A DNA stretch of 64,000 bases. Source: a virus (taxonomy: Duplodnaviria > Caudoviricetes). The notes below the pieces were generated by a model that was not told where the DNA came from, made no database searches, and was given only the letters and a program-made list of their open reading frames with translations. Position 1 is the first letter of the stretch. The number at the start of each line of letters is the position of its first letter. The position numbers were made by a program, and so were the translations under genes. The DNA lies in IMG/VR virus record IMGVR_UViG_2687453780_000005, positions 52,196-116,195 of that record; one strand, written 5' to 3'. Positions 33,727 to 45,479 of this stretch are shown piece by piece.

Positions 33727-34669
33727 TTCTTTGATTGGAGGATAGATTTGAAAACCAAAATATACCGTCTAAACTATGCGCACGAAGAAAACATTATGGG
33801 TAAAAGGATTGAAATAAAAGCAAGTGATTATCCAAATACCTTACATATACCAACAGAACAAGAGTTGGTATCAGTTGTAAAGAAAAATGGAGAGCCGTGT
33901 GTCATAGATAAAATCAATGAAATAATTGACTATATTAAATTACCTTGGTATAAGAAGTTATTTTATAAAAGCCAATGAAACAGTACTTTGCTTGGAGGTG
34001 ATAAGGTGTCATGTGATTTTTGCAATGTAAAATGTAATACGTGTATCCATAAGGGAGAGGAGTATGATATCTCTGATTCATGGGAGGATTCTGGCCCAAT
34101 AATGGTATCATACTGTAGTAATGATGAGAACTGCAACGATTACGAAAGAGACGGTAACTTTTGTAAGATGTGTGGAAAAAAATTAAATTTGAATATTCGG
34201 AGGAGATATGAACAGAGAAGACGAATTAAAATTAGAAGCAACAATCAAAGAAAACATGGAGAAGGTAAGATTTGAAGGATTGGCTGCTGGAGCAAAAGGG
34301 ATTGCCGGTGCCATCTTGGAAATTTGCAATGATAAGAATATTAAGAACGATACTGTCAGGATCAATAAGATTAGAGATTTCTGTGTGACAGGACTTGGAT
34401 TGAAGAAAGGAAACAATCAGTGAATCTAGTTGAATGTTATATTGAAAAAGTATTATCTGTTGAGGATAATACCTCAGAATTTACTACATACATGCAAACA
34501 GAAGGGGATCACCCAGAATTTATTGCAAACGAGCCATACTTAAATGTAATTTGTGTGGTAAATTGCTATGGGAGAAGATCAACAGAATTACATTTATGGA
34601 GAAAATCAGAGTATGAAAAGTATTTAGAGCAAGGATATTATCTTGCATAGTTACCATAAAAACATTCTT

Positions 34670-35200
34670 CTATACAATAATAGAACCTTTACTCTCCTCT
34701 GGGCATTTTGCAACTAAAGTTTTTTGACCTTTATTAGTCGTAAATTTTAATTTTATCCTGTTATTCTCATCAAAAATAGTAACACCTCTTTCAATAGGGA
34801 AAGATATAAAACCTATAAAACACTGGTTCCCAGTTAGTTGAATCGGAAGATTTTCAGAAAAGAAACGCTCAGTCCGTGGAATATCTGATTCTGGGAATTT
34901 TGGATAATAACGTTCACCTATCCACTTATGATTTACATAACAGGGATATTCCTTATCTGAGGTGACTATTGAGATTCTTGTAATTGCAAATGGACTTGTT
35001 GAGTGGTTAATGATACATAAAAGGAAGGTATATTCATCTCTCAGAGATATATCGCTAAATTCATAATTTTGAATGTCTATAGAGAAACGAGTGAGTTTCC
35101 TTAATGCCGTGTAAATTATCTGAGATATGGATAGAAATAAACTTAAAATAGCAATTGTAAGTGTAACTAAATCTTTATGAGAAACCAAATAATTAATCAT
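34670..35200 (-). CDS. Inverted membrane-anchored hypothetical protein (moron-like)
   Basis: N-terminal TM helix LVTLTIAILSLFLSISQIIY; own TG-n-TATAAT at 35229-35237 (minus strand) and AGGAG RBS. Confidence 0.75.
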   Translation of the reverse strand: MINYLVSHKDLVTLTIAILSLFLSISQIIYTALRKLTRFSIDIQNYEFSDISLRDEYTFLLCIINHSTSPFAITRISIVTSDKEYPCYVNHKWIGERYYPKFPESDIPRTERFFSENLPIQLTGNQCFIGFISFPIERGVTIFDENNRIKLKFTTNKGQKTLVAKCPEESKGSIIV

Positions 35201-35384
35201 TAATATTCTCCTTAGATTTTATACACTGATTATATCACATTATTAAAAAAACTAAAAGAATAAAATATCAATTTGCTATACGATATCAAGAACGTAGAGA
35301 CAATTAGTGCCAGGAAAAAGAAAGTTAAGACAATAACAATATTTCAATAATCACAAGCAAAGTGTAGTTTTATAAACTTAGAAA

Positions 35385-35458
35385 TAAATAAAGAAAACTG
35401 TTGACATGCACCGAGATAGGTGTTATCATTATGAATGTACAGATAAATAAAGAAAACC
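35385..35458 (+). promoter_or_regulatory. Sigma-A promoter flanked by two AAATAAAGAAAAC motifs, upstream of the replication block
   Basis: TTGACA 35401-35406, 17 bp, TG-n-TATCAT 35424-35429; second motif at 35445. Confidence 0.82.
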
Positions 35459-37268
35459 AAGAAGGAGGTAACAAGATGAAAGGTAGTAAAACAGAGTATG
35501 CAAAATTCAAAAGTATCATGAGCAAGGTAAAGAAGAACAGGCCAGAGGTTGCAGCCAACGGAAAGGTTAAATGGGGAGCTGGTAAGTAGAGAGGGGTATT
35601 ACATAATGATGATTAGTTTATTTGATGGATTCTTTGCTTTTAACATTGATTGGAAGGCAGTGGTGGCAATGTCGGCAGCACTGGCCGTAATTACATTATG
35701 GAGTTAGAGAGAGGAAAGAAGTCAATGGTTGCTATAATATGTATTTTACTTGGAGTGGCATTAGAGATCATTAAGGCTAATAACTGGTTTATTGTTCCAG
35801 ATGTTGCCACATATGTTGTGTTTGGACTTGGCGGATTCTTAGCTTTGGTCAATGTTATCACATGGATTGGAGCAAAAAGATCTGTGAACAAAGTAGCAAA
35901 GAGGTTCAGATAGAATTGTGATTTAATCCTAAAAAGATAATAAAAAGAAGGTGAAGCATGTACGAAGAAATGGAAGAGGAGTTTCAACAGTTTCTAATTG
36001 ATATGGAAGAAACTGAAAACGCAATGGTATTCGCCCGATACATGGACGAATACGATTATGAAGACAGCTATGGAAACAATGAAATTTACGAATATCAAGA
36101 AAAATTCGCTGAAAAGGTTGAGGATTGGTTAAGAGAAAATAAGCCTGGTAAGTACATAGTAACCCGTGGATATTATATTGGGATCATGATACCAGATGAA
36201 GCAAGACAACGCAGAATGTCACAAAATACAATTGAAGAAATGATTATAAGATAGGAGGTATTGCATTGGCAATCAATATTAACGGAAACAATTTTACAGA
36301 TATGAAAAAAGCAACAGAGTATTTTGAGAAGAAGTTGGCAGAAAACAAAACTCCATTAAATATCATCAATATGGAAACGGCGAAACGTACTTCTTTTGAT
36401 AATATTAGGAACAACAAGTTAGCGCCCGTTCTCGAAGTTGTAGATGAAATGGTTCGTGAATCTATTACCAAAGGGGAATTCAATTGCTTCTTGAAAAATG
36501 ATATTTTCTCTGATGAAAGCGATGATTCGAGAAACTTGATAGATATATTAGAATCATTAGGATACCATGTAATTCAAAGTTGTCAGGGATTAAAAATCAA
36601 ATGGGATTAATTAGTAACTCGTCAACAAGTCAACTTACATAATGGAGGAATTTAATAGTAACGCAAAAAGTATGGATAATACCGTTTTTGGTAGGGTATT
36701 TCGGATACCTTATTATTTTTGCACCTTTTTTAAGGTTTAATATAGATTTTCCATAGAGTGAGGCTCATGTTATCGCCGGTGAGAGCTGGTGTTTACATAA
36801 AAAATAATTTAAGAAAGAGGTGTTTACCATAGGAGGAGAATTAGGAATTAAGGTAATGAAAGTTAATCCCGATCGTGACATTGTAAGGCCATATAAAGGT
36901 ATTGGAGTTAAGAGCATGATGGATTTATCTCTATTTGGAGATGACAATCACTGGTTGCATATTTGCGGAGATAATGATTGGGGATATTTGTCGTTGGAAG
37001 TAATTAAACCGATCTTACAAGAAGCAAACAGCATTTATTGTGAAATTCTTAAGAATATTGATGACTGTAAACCAGAAGTCATACTTGTTGGAAGAAACGA
37101 ATTTAGAATGCTGGACATTTTACATATAGCTAGAGACGGTGAAGAGGGTATTTCTATTATCAAGGGCATACCCGTTGTTAAAGGAAATTTCGATAATGGA
37201 ACCAAGTATCTGGGAACTAAGAATGAAGAAGATTCAGAATTACCATTTAAATAATAAGGAGAAATTGA

Positions 37269-37889
37269 ATGTCAGAAAATTATTTTAAGGAACTTTACAA
37301 TGTTGATGTTAAGGAAAAGGTAAAACAGAAAAATGGATTGAATTATTTATCCTGGGCTGCTTGCTGGGCAGAGGTAAAAAAACTCCACCCTGACGCTACT
37401 TATCGAATTTATGAGGAAGTGCTTTCTTATGCTCCAGATGGAACTACTCCAATGAAAACTCGTCCCTGGTTTGATGATGGGAGAACTGGTTGGGTAAAGA
37501 CAGGAGTTACAATCAACGGTATTGAGCATGTTGAGGAATTGCCTATAATGGATTTTAAAAATAATTCCATTTCTTCAGAAAATATTAAATCTTCAGAAGC
37601 AAACAAATCTATTCAGAGGTCATTAACAAAAGCCTGTGCTCGACATGGGTTGGGATTATACATATATGAAGGTGAGGATCTCCCGGAAGAGAGTAAAGAG
37701 TTAGAAAAACTCAGAACTGAATGTTACAAGCTGGTCACTGAAAGAGCCAAATTATCAGAGGCGGCAAAGAATAAAGTTGCTGATTTCTGCAAGTCTGCTG
37801 ATGAAAAAGCAAACGGAGATCCAAGAATTATGGAAGATATTGACACATTAAAGACACTGAAAACGCAGCTTATGGGAATTAGAAAATAG
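37269..37889 (+). CDS. Sak-type single-strand annealing protein (DUF1071-like)
   Basis: GLNYLSWA, ELPIMDFKN, NKSIQRSLTKACARHGLGLYIYEGEDLP. Confidence 0.85.
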   Translation: MSENYFKELYNVDVKEKVKQKNGLNYLSWAACWAEVKKLHPDATYRIYEEVLSYAPDGTTPMKTRPWFDDGRTGWVKTGVTINGIEHVEELPIMDFKNNSISSENIKSSEANKSIQRSLTKACARHGLGLYIYEGEDLPEESKELEKLRTECYKLVTERAKLSEAAKNKVADFCKSADEKANGDPRIMEDIDTLKTLKTQLMGIRK

Positions 37890-37903
37890 GAGGAATTTAG
37901 AAT

Positions 37904-38314
37904 ATGGGACTTAGATCAGGGAATCAGTATGGAACCTTAGCAACGGTATGGAAAGTAAATGCTCCAAGCTCAAATGGTAAAACGGTTGATGTACAGATTA
38001 CAACAAGTAAGAAGAATAGGCAAACAGACCAGTATGAAACGGATTTTAATGGGTATGTAAGGTTCTGTGGTGATAGAATGGTTGAATTTGCTTCCAAGTT
38101 AAAAGAGAAAGATAAGATTGATATTGAGGCATTTGATGTAACAAATAAATACGATAAAGAGAAGAAGATTACTTATTATAACGTATCGGTATTTGCTGCA
38201 AAAATGCACGAGTATGATAACCAGAACAATTCTTCTCCATCAAATTCGGCAACCGGAGATGGATTTATGAGTATTCCAGACGGAGTAGAAGATGAGGGAC
38301 TTCCATTTAACTAA
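37904..38314 (+). CDS. ssb: Single-stranded DNA-binding protein
   Basis: OB-fold-like core; acidic tail DGFMSIPDGVEDEGLPFN. Confidence 0.85.
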   Translation: MGLRSGNQYGTLATVWKVNAPSSNGKTVDVQITTSKKNRQTDQYETDFNGYVRFCGDRMVEFASKLKEKDKIDIEAFDVTNKYDKEKKITYYNVSVFAAKMHEYDNQNNSSPSNSATGDGFMSIPDGVEDEGLPFN

Positions 38315-38324
38315 GAGGTGAATT

Positions 38325-38813
38325 ATGTCAGATAAAACATACAAATGCGCCTTTAAGCATTGTAAACATGAGTCCTGCGAAATACCGCAGGACGAAGCTA
38401 TAAAAGTTGGCAATAGATATATGCACCCTGACTGTGCAAAAATCAGTGAGAATATAGCAAAGGTTAGAGATTTTTACTATGAAAACATTAGCAAAACTGT
38501 TGTCATGAAGCAGTTGGTAAGTGTCATTAACAACCTTGTATTTACAAAAGAAATTGACTCCGAATATTTACTATTTGCATTGACTCATTCGGTATCAGCA
38601 AAGATTCCTGTTAAAAGTCCATATGGACTTCATTATCTAGTGGACAATCAGAGAATCAAGGATTTATGGAAAAAGAAAAAGGCTACAGAGATTGCCAATG
38701 AGATAAAAAAAACTGCTGACTCTGCTGAGATGGAGCCAGTTAAGTCCACTGGATTTAATTATAGTTCATCTGGCAAGGTTGGTTTTGGAGGTATATTGAA
38801 GGGAGGAAATTAG
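38325..38813 (+). CDS. Hypothetical replication-block protein with N-terminal Cys/His motif
   Basis: CAFKHCKH...HPDC; abuts the helicase gene. Confidence 0.55.
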   Translation: MSDKTYKCAFKHCKHESCEIPQDEAIKVGNRYMHPDCAKISENIAKVRDFYYENISKTVVMKQLVSVINNLVFTKEIDSEYLLFALTHSVSAKIPVKSPYGLHYLVDNQRIKDLWKKKKATEIANEIKKTADSAEMEPVKSTGFNYSSSGKVGFGGILKGGN

Positions 38814-40159
38814 TGGATTTAAGCGAAATTTCTGACTATAAAGCAGAAGCCGGTGTGATATCAACTTTAGTGTATCACCCAGAATTCATTTTACATAGCA
38901 ACTATTTACATGAAAAGTATTTTTACAACGTTGACAATGCCTGTATTTATTGGGCGATTAAGGAACTTTTTGCTCAAAAGATCACAAACATAACAGCTTT
39001 GAATATTGAACAAATGCTTGATTCTAATAAGGCTGTGAGAAAGAAAGTTCAGGAATACAATTTGCCAAGTATCCAAGAGTACATTGACCTTTGCTTTAAT
39101 ACGAAGAGAGATAGTGTTGAAGAGTATCTACTTCTTGTTAATCGTGTTGTGGAGTTGGCGTTTAAACGTTCTTTTTATAAAAAAGCAAGTGACTGGCAGA
39201 GAATGTGTTCTAACGAAGACATTCATTTAGACGATATGAGTAACACCGTTTATAAGGAACTCAATGAACTGACAACGAGTTTTGTAACTGATGGAGAGAT
39301 AACAACTTTTGGCTCAAAAATTAAAGATATTTGGCAGAAGATAAAAGAAAAGAAAGAACGTGGAGAATCTTATGGGCTACCTTCATTTTTTCCTAGTATA
39401 AATGAATTTTTTACATATGAAGAAACTGAATTGGTTGTAATAGAAGCAAGAATGAAAAAAGGTAAGAGCTGGCTGGCAATGATTGAAGCTCTACATAAAG
39501 CAATGAACGGGGTCCCCACATTCGTTCAGGATAGTGAGATGAGCGACGAAAACTGGTACGTAAGAGTTTTGTCTTACTTAAGTGGTATATCAGTCTATCG
39601 GATTAAGAATTCTATTTTAACAGAGGAAGAAGAATTAAAGGCAGAAGAAACCAACAATTATATTGAGTCGTTACCTTTGTTTCATAATTTTGACCCATAT
39701 ATTACAAAAGAGAAATTTTACTCTATCTGTGCACAAAAGAAAAGTGAAATGGATTTGAAGTTTGTTGTGTGGGATTATATCAAGTGCGCCGACTCTATTC
39801 TTAATTCTGCTGAAAGAAGTGCTTATATGGCAGGTATTACTAACTGGCTAAAAAACATTATTGCCGGTGATTTAAAAATGTCTGTTCTAGCATTCTGCCA
39901 ATTGAGCCGCCAAAACGAGGTTGCTGAATCAGATGGTATAGAAAAGTATTGCTCAGTAGCCTGTAAGTGGGAAGAAAAAACGAATGAAGAGTTGGTTGCA
40001 GATGGTAAAGAATGTGGGACCCATAAGTTTACAGTGAAATTAAATAGATTAGGAAAGCCACATTCGGGAAGCGGAGATTATATTGATATGATGTTTACCT
40101 CTGAAAAAGTCGGAATCAGAGAAGCCAAGCAGCATACTGAAAGCACACCATTTAGTTAG
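38813..40159 (+). CDS. dnaB: DnaB-like replicative helicase
   Basis: AEAGVISTL N-domain; Walker A ARMKKGKS; SEMS; VVWDYI; CQLSR. Confidence 0.88.
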   Translation: MDLSEISDYKAEAGVISTLVYHPEFILHSNYLHEKYFYNVDNACIYWAIKELFAQKITNITALNIEQMLDSNKAVRKKVQEYNLPSIQEYIDLCFNTKRDSVEEYLLLVNRVVELAFKRSFYKKASDWQRMCSNEDIHLDDMSNTVYKELNELTTSFVTDGEITTFGSKIKDIWQKIKEKKERGESYGLPSFFPSINEFFTYEETELVVIEARMKKGKSWLAMIEALHKAMNGVPTFVQDSEMSDENWYVRVLSYLSGISVYRIKNSILTEEEELKAEETNNYIESLPLFHNFDPYITKEKFYSICAQKKSEMDLKFVVWDYIKCADSILNSAERSAYMAGITNWLKNIIAGDLKMSVLAFCQLSRQNEVAESDGIEKYCSVACKWEEKTNEELVADGKECGTHKFTVKLNRLGKPHSGSGDYIDMMFTSEKVGIREAKQHTESTPFS

Positions 40160-40162
40160 GAG

Positions 40163-41188
40163 GTGAGTCCCGTGGCTCTATATGATGAAGATATGCTAGA
40201 AGAAATTAATAGCAACGTTGATCTGCTTGATTATATTGGAAACACCATGGAGTTAAAACAACGAGGTAAAGATTATTTTGGGCATTGTACTTTACATATA
40301 GACCGCACCTCTTCATTTTCGTTAACTCCATCTAAAAACAAGTTCTTTTGCTTTAGTTGTGGAGCAGGCGGAGGAATTATCCAATATCTGATGCTTTATG
40401 AGAAGTTAGGTTTTGATGATGCAGTACAAAAAGCTTCACGGTTAGCTGATGTAGATTTAAAGGCGATGTGCCAATCGGAGACAGTTAAGCTCAACAAGGT
40501 TATACGAAAAATTCGTAACAACAAGACAGAGGATATTTCTTCTCATGAGATTTTAGATATAGAGAAATTACTTAAATACCAAGATGTTGAGATTCATGAG
40601 TGGATAGAAGAGGGGATAGATTCAAGCGTATTAAGACTGTTTGGAGTCAGACTTGATAATCGTGGAAATAGAATCGTATATCCTGTTTTCGATATGGACG
40701 GAAATCTGATCAACATTAAGGGAAGAACCTTATGCAAAGAATTTAAGTTTTTTGGTATTCAAAAGTACATAAATTACTACCCTGTGGGAACGGTTGACTA
40801 TTTCCAAGGAATGAATATTACATTTCAACACATTAAAGAATCTGGCGAAATAAAGATTTTTGAAAGCATAAAGAGCGTTATGAAACTTTTCACCTGGGGA
40901 ATTAAAGACAGTGCTTCCGCTGAAAAGCACACTTTAACTCCAGAGCAGATAAAGATCTTGATCTCTACAAGAGAAATTAAAAATGTTGTTTTTTGTTATG
41001 ACTCTGACGTGTCTTATAAGGAACGGAAAGTTAAGGAGAATATTGATCTGTTAAAGCGTTTTGTAAATGTGTACGTGATTATTGATAGAGAAAATCTACT
41101 GGGAGGAGTAGGAGCAAAAAATGCTCCGGTAGATTTGGGTCGAGATATATGGGAGTCGCTTTATGCAACAAAAGTGAAAATCAAATAA
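40163..41188 (+). CDS. dnaG: DNA primase (CHC2 zinc finger plus TOPRIM)
   Basis: CTLHIDRT...FFCFSCGAGG; RIVYPVFD; FES; CYDSD. Confidence 0.88.
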   Translation: MSPVALYDEDMLEEINSNVDLLDYIGNTMELKQRGKDYFGHCTLHIDRTSSFSLTPSKNKFFCFSCGAGGGIIQYLMLYEKLGFDDAVQKASRLADVDLKAMCQSETVKLNKVIRKIRNNKTEDISSHEILDIEKLLKYQDVEIHEWIEEGIDSSVLRLFGVRLDNRGNRIVYPVFDMDGNLINIKGRTLCKEFKFFGIQKYINYYPVGTVDYFQGMNITFQHIKESGEIKIFESIKSVMKLFTWGIKDSASAEKHTLTPEQIKILISTREIKNVVFCYDSDVSYKERKVKENIDLLKRFVNVYVIIDRENLLGGVGAKNAPVDLGRDIWESLYATKVKIK

Positions 41189-41200
41189 AGGAGGATATGA

Positions 41201-42013
41201 TTGGGAGAATATAGAGAGAAGATACAAGATATGAGGTTTTCGTTTAGTAGATGCCACTCATTCGAAGGGTGTAAGTATGAGTGGTACTTAAACTATCTTT
41301 TGAAAGACGAAAATGGGAAAAGAATATATGAGAACGAACAGAATTTTTATGCAGCATTTGGACATTTCTGCCATAGTATTTTAGAAAAGATTTCCCTGAA
41401 TGAAATTGGATTAGCTGAAGCAGTTGAATACTATAAAGAAAAATATGATGAAGAAATTCAATGTTGGGATATCCCTGAATCTACAAGAGAAAAGTACTTT
41501 TTTCAGGGGCTAGATTATTTTGCAACATTGGAGATGGATTGGCTTGAAAAATATAAAATTCTCGGGGTAGAGAAAAAATGTGAGTTCTCAATAGGAATCA
41601 GGAGCTTCGTGGGATATATAGATTTATTACTTCAAGATAAAGAAACTGGGGGAATTGTAGTCTTGGATCACAAATCAAGCGAATATCCCATTGGTAAAAA
41701 AGGTAAGGTATTAAAGAAAAAAATAGCTGATTATGAAAGTTATAAGAAGCAGTTATACATATATAGCATTCAAGTATTCAATGAATATGGCGTATATCCA
41801 GAAAAAATTGTCTGGAACTATTTTAGAGATAAGGAATGGCTTGAACTTCCTTTTATAAAAGAGGAATATGAAGAATCTTTATCATGGGCGAACAATTTGA
41901 TTGATCTGATAGAGGAAGAGGAGAATTTTGTCCCAACAATGGATTATTTTTACTGCCGCAATCTGTGTGGTTTTAGAAACTCCTGTGATTACAAGTTGAT
42001 GGGAGGCGAGTAA
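41201..42013 (+). CDS. PD-(D/E)XK nuclease (AddB/Cas4-like)
   Basis: SFSR...C; GYIDLL, LDHKS, QLYIY; C-terminal CRNLCGFRNSC. Confidence 0.85.
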   Translation: MGEYREKIQDMRFSFSRCHSFEGCKYEWYLNYLLKDENGKRIYENEQNFYAAFGHFCHSILEKISLNEIGLAEAVEYYKEKYDEEIQCWDIPESTREKYFFQGLDYFATLEMDWLEKYKILGVEKKCEFSIGIRSFVGYIDLLLQDKETGGIVVLDHKSSEYPIGKKGKVLKKKIADYESYKKQLYIYSIQVFNEYGVYPEKIVWNYFRDKEWLELPFIKEEYEESLSWANNLIDLIEEEENFVPTMDYFYCRNLCGFRNSCDYKLMGGE

Positions 42014-45000
42014 TTGTCTTTACTGGAAGATGCAAAAAAAGCAGTAGGAAGACTCAACTTTAAATTCCCATATGCTTTAGAAACATGGATTAACGATATG
42101 AATATGCTTATGGAAAATTATCATAAGCACACTACTTGGTCTGATTTGATACAGATTGATTCTGCGACTGACATTCATGAGTTTATGGAACATTCTAATT
42201 CGTATGGTTGTCAATGCTACTTTTCAGGAGAACATGGTTATCCAGGAGAATGGCTATATGTATATGACGTATGTAAAAATTCACAAGACGTAGAATATCG
42301 CAAAAAACATAAGTTATCGAAAGAAATTAAGTTCAGGTATTCTGCTGAAGTGTATTGGGTCAAAGACATAAATGAGATTAACCGAGAAGAATATGTTGAT
42401 AAAAAGGGTAAGACACAAGTAAGTGAAAAACGAGATAAGACAAATTGCCATATGGTAATTGTTGCTCGAACATATCATGCTATGAGAAAACTGAATTACA
42501 TAATCTCATGCGCTCATGGTGAAGGATTTTACGCAAAACCAAGGATAGACTTAAACATGTTATTCCAGCTTGATAAAGATGATGTTTATATCACCTCTGC
42601 ATGTGTTGCAGGTTGGAAATATGAAAACGCAGAAGATATATGGCTAAAAATATGGGAGCATTTTGGAGACAATTTCTTTCTTGAATATCAGACCCATAAT
42701 ACCATGCCACAGAAATTATTGAATGACAGAATATATAAAATGTCTAAAAAATATGGCATTCAAACGATTGTAGGACTGGACACTCATTACATAAATGAGG
42801 AGGATCGGATTAAAAGAGAAAATCTTCTTCAACGAAAAGGGCAACATTACGATGATGAAGAAGGCTGGTATATGGATTTTCCTATCGGCAAGGAGACATA
42901 TAGGAGGTTAATTGAACAAGCAGTTTTGCCTTCAGAAGAAATTGTTTATGCGATGATGAATACCCATGTTTTCATTGACGGTTGCGAAGAACTAACATAC
43001 AAGACAAATTTTAAAATACCAATTGCCCCAATGTACGAACAATATAATTATGATGAAAGAGTAAAAATTCTCAAGGATATTTTATATGAGAAATATGGCG
43101 AGGAAGATATAGATCATAGGACTAAAGATAGAGAAGAGGGCATGTTATATGAGCATGGAGAAATTGAGTCTAGTGGAACTACCGATTACTTTTTAACCAA
43201 CTACGAGCTTGTAAAACTGGCCGTTAACAAATATGGTGGGCAGCTGACAACTACATCAAGAGGGAGTGCGAGTTCATATTATTCAAGCAAGTTGCTAGGG
43301 TTTACCACAATGGATAGATTCGAATCTGAAGTTCCGATATATCCAGAACGTTTTATTACAAAAGATAGGATATTATCTTCCCATCAAATGCCAGATATAG
43401 ACTTTAATGTTTCAAATCAGGAACCTTTTGTTTTTGCTGGGAGAGAACTGGTGGGAGAACATGGTTGCTATCCCCTGTTGGCAGTCGGTAAATTGGGTGA
43501 AAAGTCGGGTTTTAAGCTATATGCAGATATAAAAGGACTTGAACCCAGTGTGGCAAATGAGATCACTTCTTCTATTGACCAGTACAACGAGGCTCTGAAA
43601 CAGGTAGATGACGAAGAAGATAAAAAAGATATTCACATAGAAGACTATATTACCAATAAAGAGCATTTAAAGATATTTAATGATAGTAAGCCGTACCAAG
43701 GAATTATTGAACAAGCAAAGGTTCATGCTTGTGGGTTCTTCTTATTCAATGGAAATCTTGAAGAACAAGATGTTATCGGATATGGAGATATTCGTTATGA
43801 GATAGGGTTAATAAGGTGTCATTCTGAAAGCACTGGAAAATCCACTGTTGTAGCGAATATCGAGGGAGGTTTGCTTGATTCATATGGTTATGTAAAAGAT
43901 GATTTTCTTATCGTAGATGTCGTAGGGATTATTCATAAATTATATGAGAGTATCGGAAGAAAAGTGCCAACGGTTGCAGAGTTGCGGAAGATGGTTTCTG
44001 AAGATGAAAAGGTTTGGAAGCTATATGAAATCGGAGCTACTTGTTGTCTAAATCAGTGTGAGAAAGCAAGCACCACAAAGAAAGTAATGAAGTTCAAACC
44101 TAAGAATATCAAAGAATTGGCTGCATTTATTGCAGGTATTCGCCCGGGATTTAAGTCCCTAATTGATGGTTTCCTAAATAGGATTGATTATAGCAACGGA
44201 GAAAAAGCTATCGATAAACTCCTAGAAGATTGTTTTCACTATATGCTGTATCAAGAAGCAGTTATGAAAATCTTCTCTTATCTAGGTATTCCGATGAAGG
44301 ATAGTTATGACACCATCAAGAAAATCAGTAAGAAGAAGTTAAAAGGCGAAGCACTTGCAAAAGTCGAGACTAGCCTAAAAGAACATTGGTTGCAAAATAT
44401 CGGAAATCTGGATAATTTCGAGCCAGTGTATAAAGTTATCAAAGATAGTGCCAGATATAGTTTTAATGCTCCTCATGCTTTGGCTATGGCAAATGATTCT
44501 CTCTATGAAGCATGGCCTAAAGCTCATTATCTTTCTAAATTCTATGAAGTGACATTAAATCATTATCAGGATAAGGGGGATAAGAATAAAGTAGCTGCCT
44601 TAACAAAAGAAGCTATGACAATGTTTGGGTATACTATGGGAACATATGAGTATGGTAAAGACAACACTAAATTCACGGTTGATGATGAAAGCAAGATTAT
44701 TTATCCTAATCTGTCCAGTGTTAAGGGGATAGGAGAAAAAGCCGTTCGTGCAATTATGGATATTTATGAACAGGGGGTAGATGATTTTGTTGATATTTAC
44801 GTATCCATTAAAGGTACAAATATAAATGTGACGGTATTTAAAGACTTAGTAAAGATAGGTTATTTTAATAAATTCGGTTCTATTAAAAAACTTCTTACCA
44901 TTACTGGAATAGTTGATTATTGGAAGGGAAGTGAAGGAAAGGGAAGAAAAACTGTAAAGAAGGCAGAAATTCCCGATCTCCATATTGACGAAGAAATAGT

Positions 45001-45475
45001 CAAAAAATATGCCACAGACAGATTGGCTTCTGGAAAAATTAGCGACGCACAATACAGTAACTTGAACTGGGTTGGGCTATGTAAGGAACTGGCGAGTTAC
45101 ATTGACGAGGAGGAGTTTGGTGTAATTCAGCTTGTGAAATTCCAGTATGAAGTGTTGGGTTACGTTGATTATGTAGATGATACTCTTGAATGGAGATATG
45201 TAGTAATTACAGATATAAACACGACATATTCGCCTAAATTCAACGCTTATAGTATTGGCAAAGGTAAGACCACCGAAATGAAGATACATAAGACCATAAA
45301 CAAAAGAGATAAAGCAATAAAGACGAGTTTTAATGAAATACCTGTTCAAGATGGAGACATTATTTACATAAAGGATGTTAAAAAACAGCCTAAAAAACAA
45401 AAGGTTAATGACGAGTGGCAAATAGTCCCCGATGTTTACGAATGGTGGATTAAAGATTATATAAAAATGGCATAG
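42014..45475 (+). CDS. dnaE: DNA polymerase III alpha-type (family C) with PHP domain
   Basis: HKHT PHP motif, DTHY, RGSASS, MPDIDF, HACG, YSFNAPH, HhH VKGIGEK. Confidence 0.92.
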   Translation: MSLLEDAKKAVGRLNFKFPYALETWINDMNMLMENYHKHTTWSDLIQIDSATDIHEFMEHSNSYGCQCYFSGEHGYPGEWLYVYDVCKNSQDVEYRKKHKLSKEIKFRYSAEVYWVKDINEINREEYVDKKGKTQVSEKRDKTNCHMVIVARTYHAMRKLNYIISCAHGEGFYAKPRIDLNMLFQLDKDDVYITSACVAGWKYENAEDIWLKIWEHFGDNFFLEYQTHNTMPQKLLNDRIYKMSKKYGIQTIVGLDTHYINEEDRIKRENLLQRKGQHYDDEEGWYMDFPIGKETYRRLIEQAVLPSEEIVYAMMNTHVFIDGCEELTYKTNFKIPIAPMYEQYNYDERVKILKDILYEKYGEEDIDHRTKDREEGMLYEHGEIESSGTTDYFLTNYELVKLAVNKYGGQLTTTSRGSASSYYSSKLLGFTTMDRFESEVPIYPERFITKDRILSSHQMPDIDFNVSNQEPFVFAGRELVGEHGCYPLLAVGKLGEKSGFKLYADIKGLEPSVANEITSSIDQYNEALKQVDDEEDKKDIHIEDYITNKEHLKIFNDSKPYQGIIEQAKVHACGFFLFNGNLEEQDVIGYGDIRYEIGLIRCHSESTGKSTVVANIEGGLLDSYGYVKDDFLIVDVVGIIHKLYESIGRKVPTVAELRKMVSEDEKVWKLYEIGATCCLNQCEKASTTKKVMKFKPKNIKELAAFIAGIRPGFKSLIDGFLNRIDYSNGEKAIDKLLEDCFHYMLYQEAVMKIFSYLGIPMKDSYDTIKKISKKKLKGEALAKVETSLKEHWLQNIGNLDNFEPVYKVIKDSARYSFNAPHALAMANDSLYEAWPKAHYLSKFYEVTLNHYQDKGDKNKVAALTKEAMTMFGYTMGTYEYGKDNTKFTVDDESKIIYPNLSSVKGIGEKAVRAIMDIYEQGVDDFVDIYVSIKGTNINVTVFKDLVKIGYFNKFGSIKKLLTITGIVDYWKGSEGKGRKTVKKAEIPDLHIDEEIVKKYATDRLASGKISDAQYSNLNWVGLCKELASYIDEEEFGVIQLVKFQYEVLGYVDYVDDTLEWRYVVITDINTTYSPKFNAYSIGKGKTTEMKIHKTINKRDKAIKTSFNEIPVQDGDIIYIKDVKKQPKKQKVNDEWQIVPDVYEWWIKDYIKMA

Positions 45476-45479
45476 GACG

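Noticed and set aside
36610-36800. Possible structured RNA in this intergenic gap
   Set aside because: Only short, unconvincing stems; not supportable by eye
41201-42013. Cas4-like nuclease as evidence of CRISPR-Cas
   Set aside because: No repeat-spacer array or other cas genes seen; it sits inside the replication operon like other phage PD-(D/E)XK nucleases
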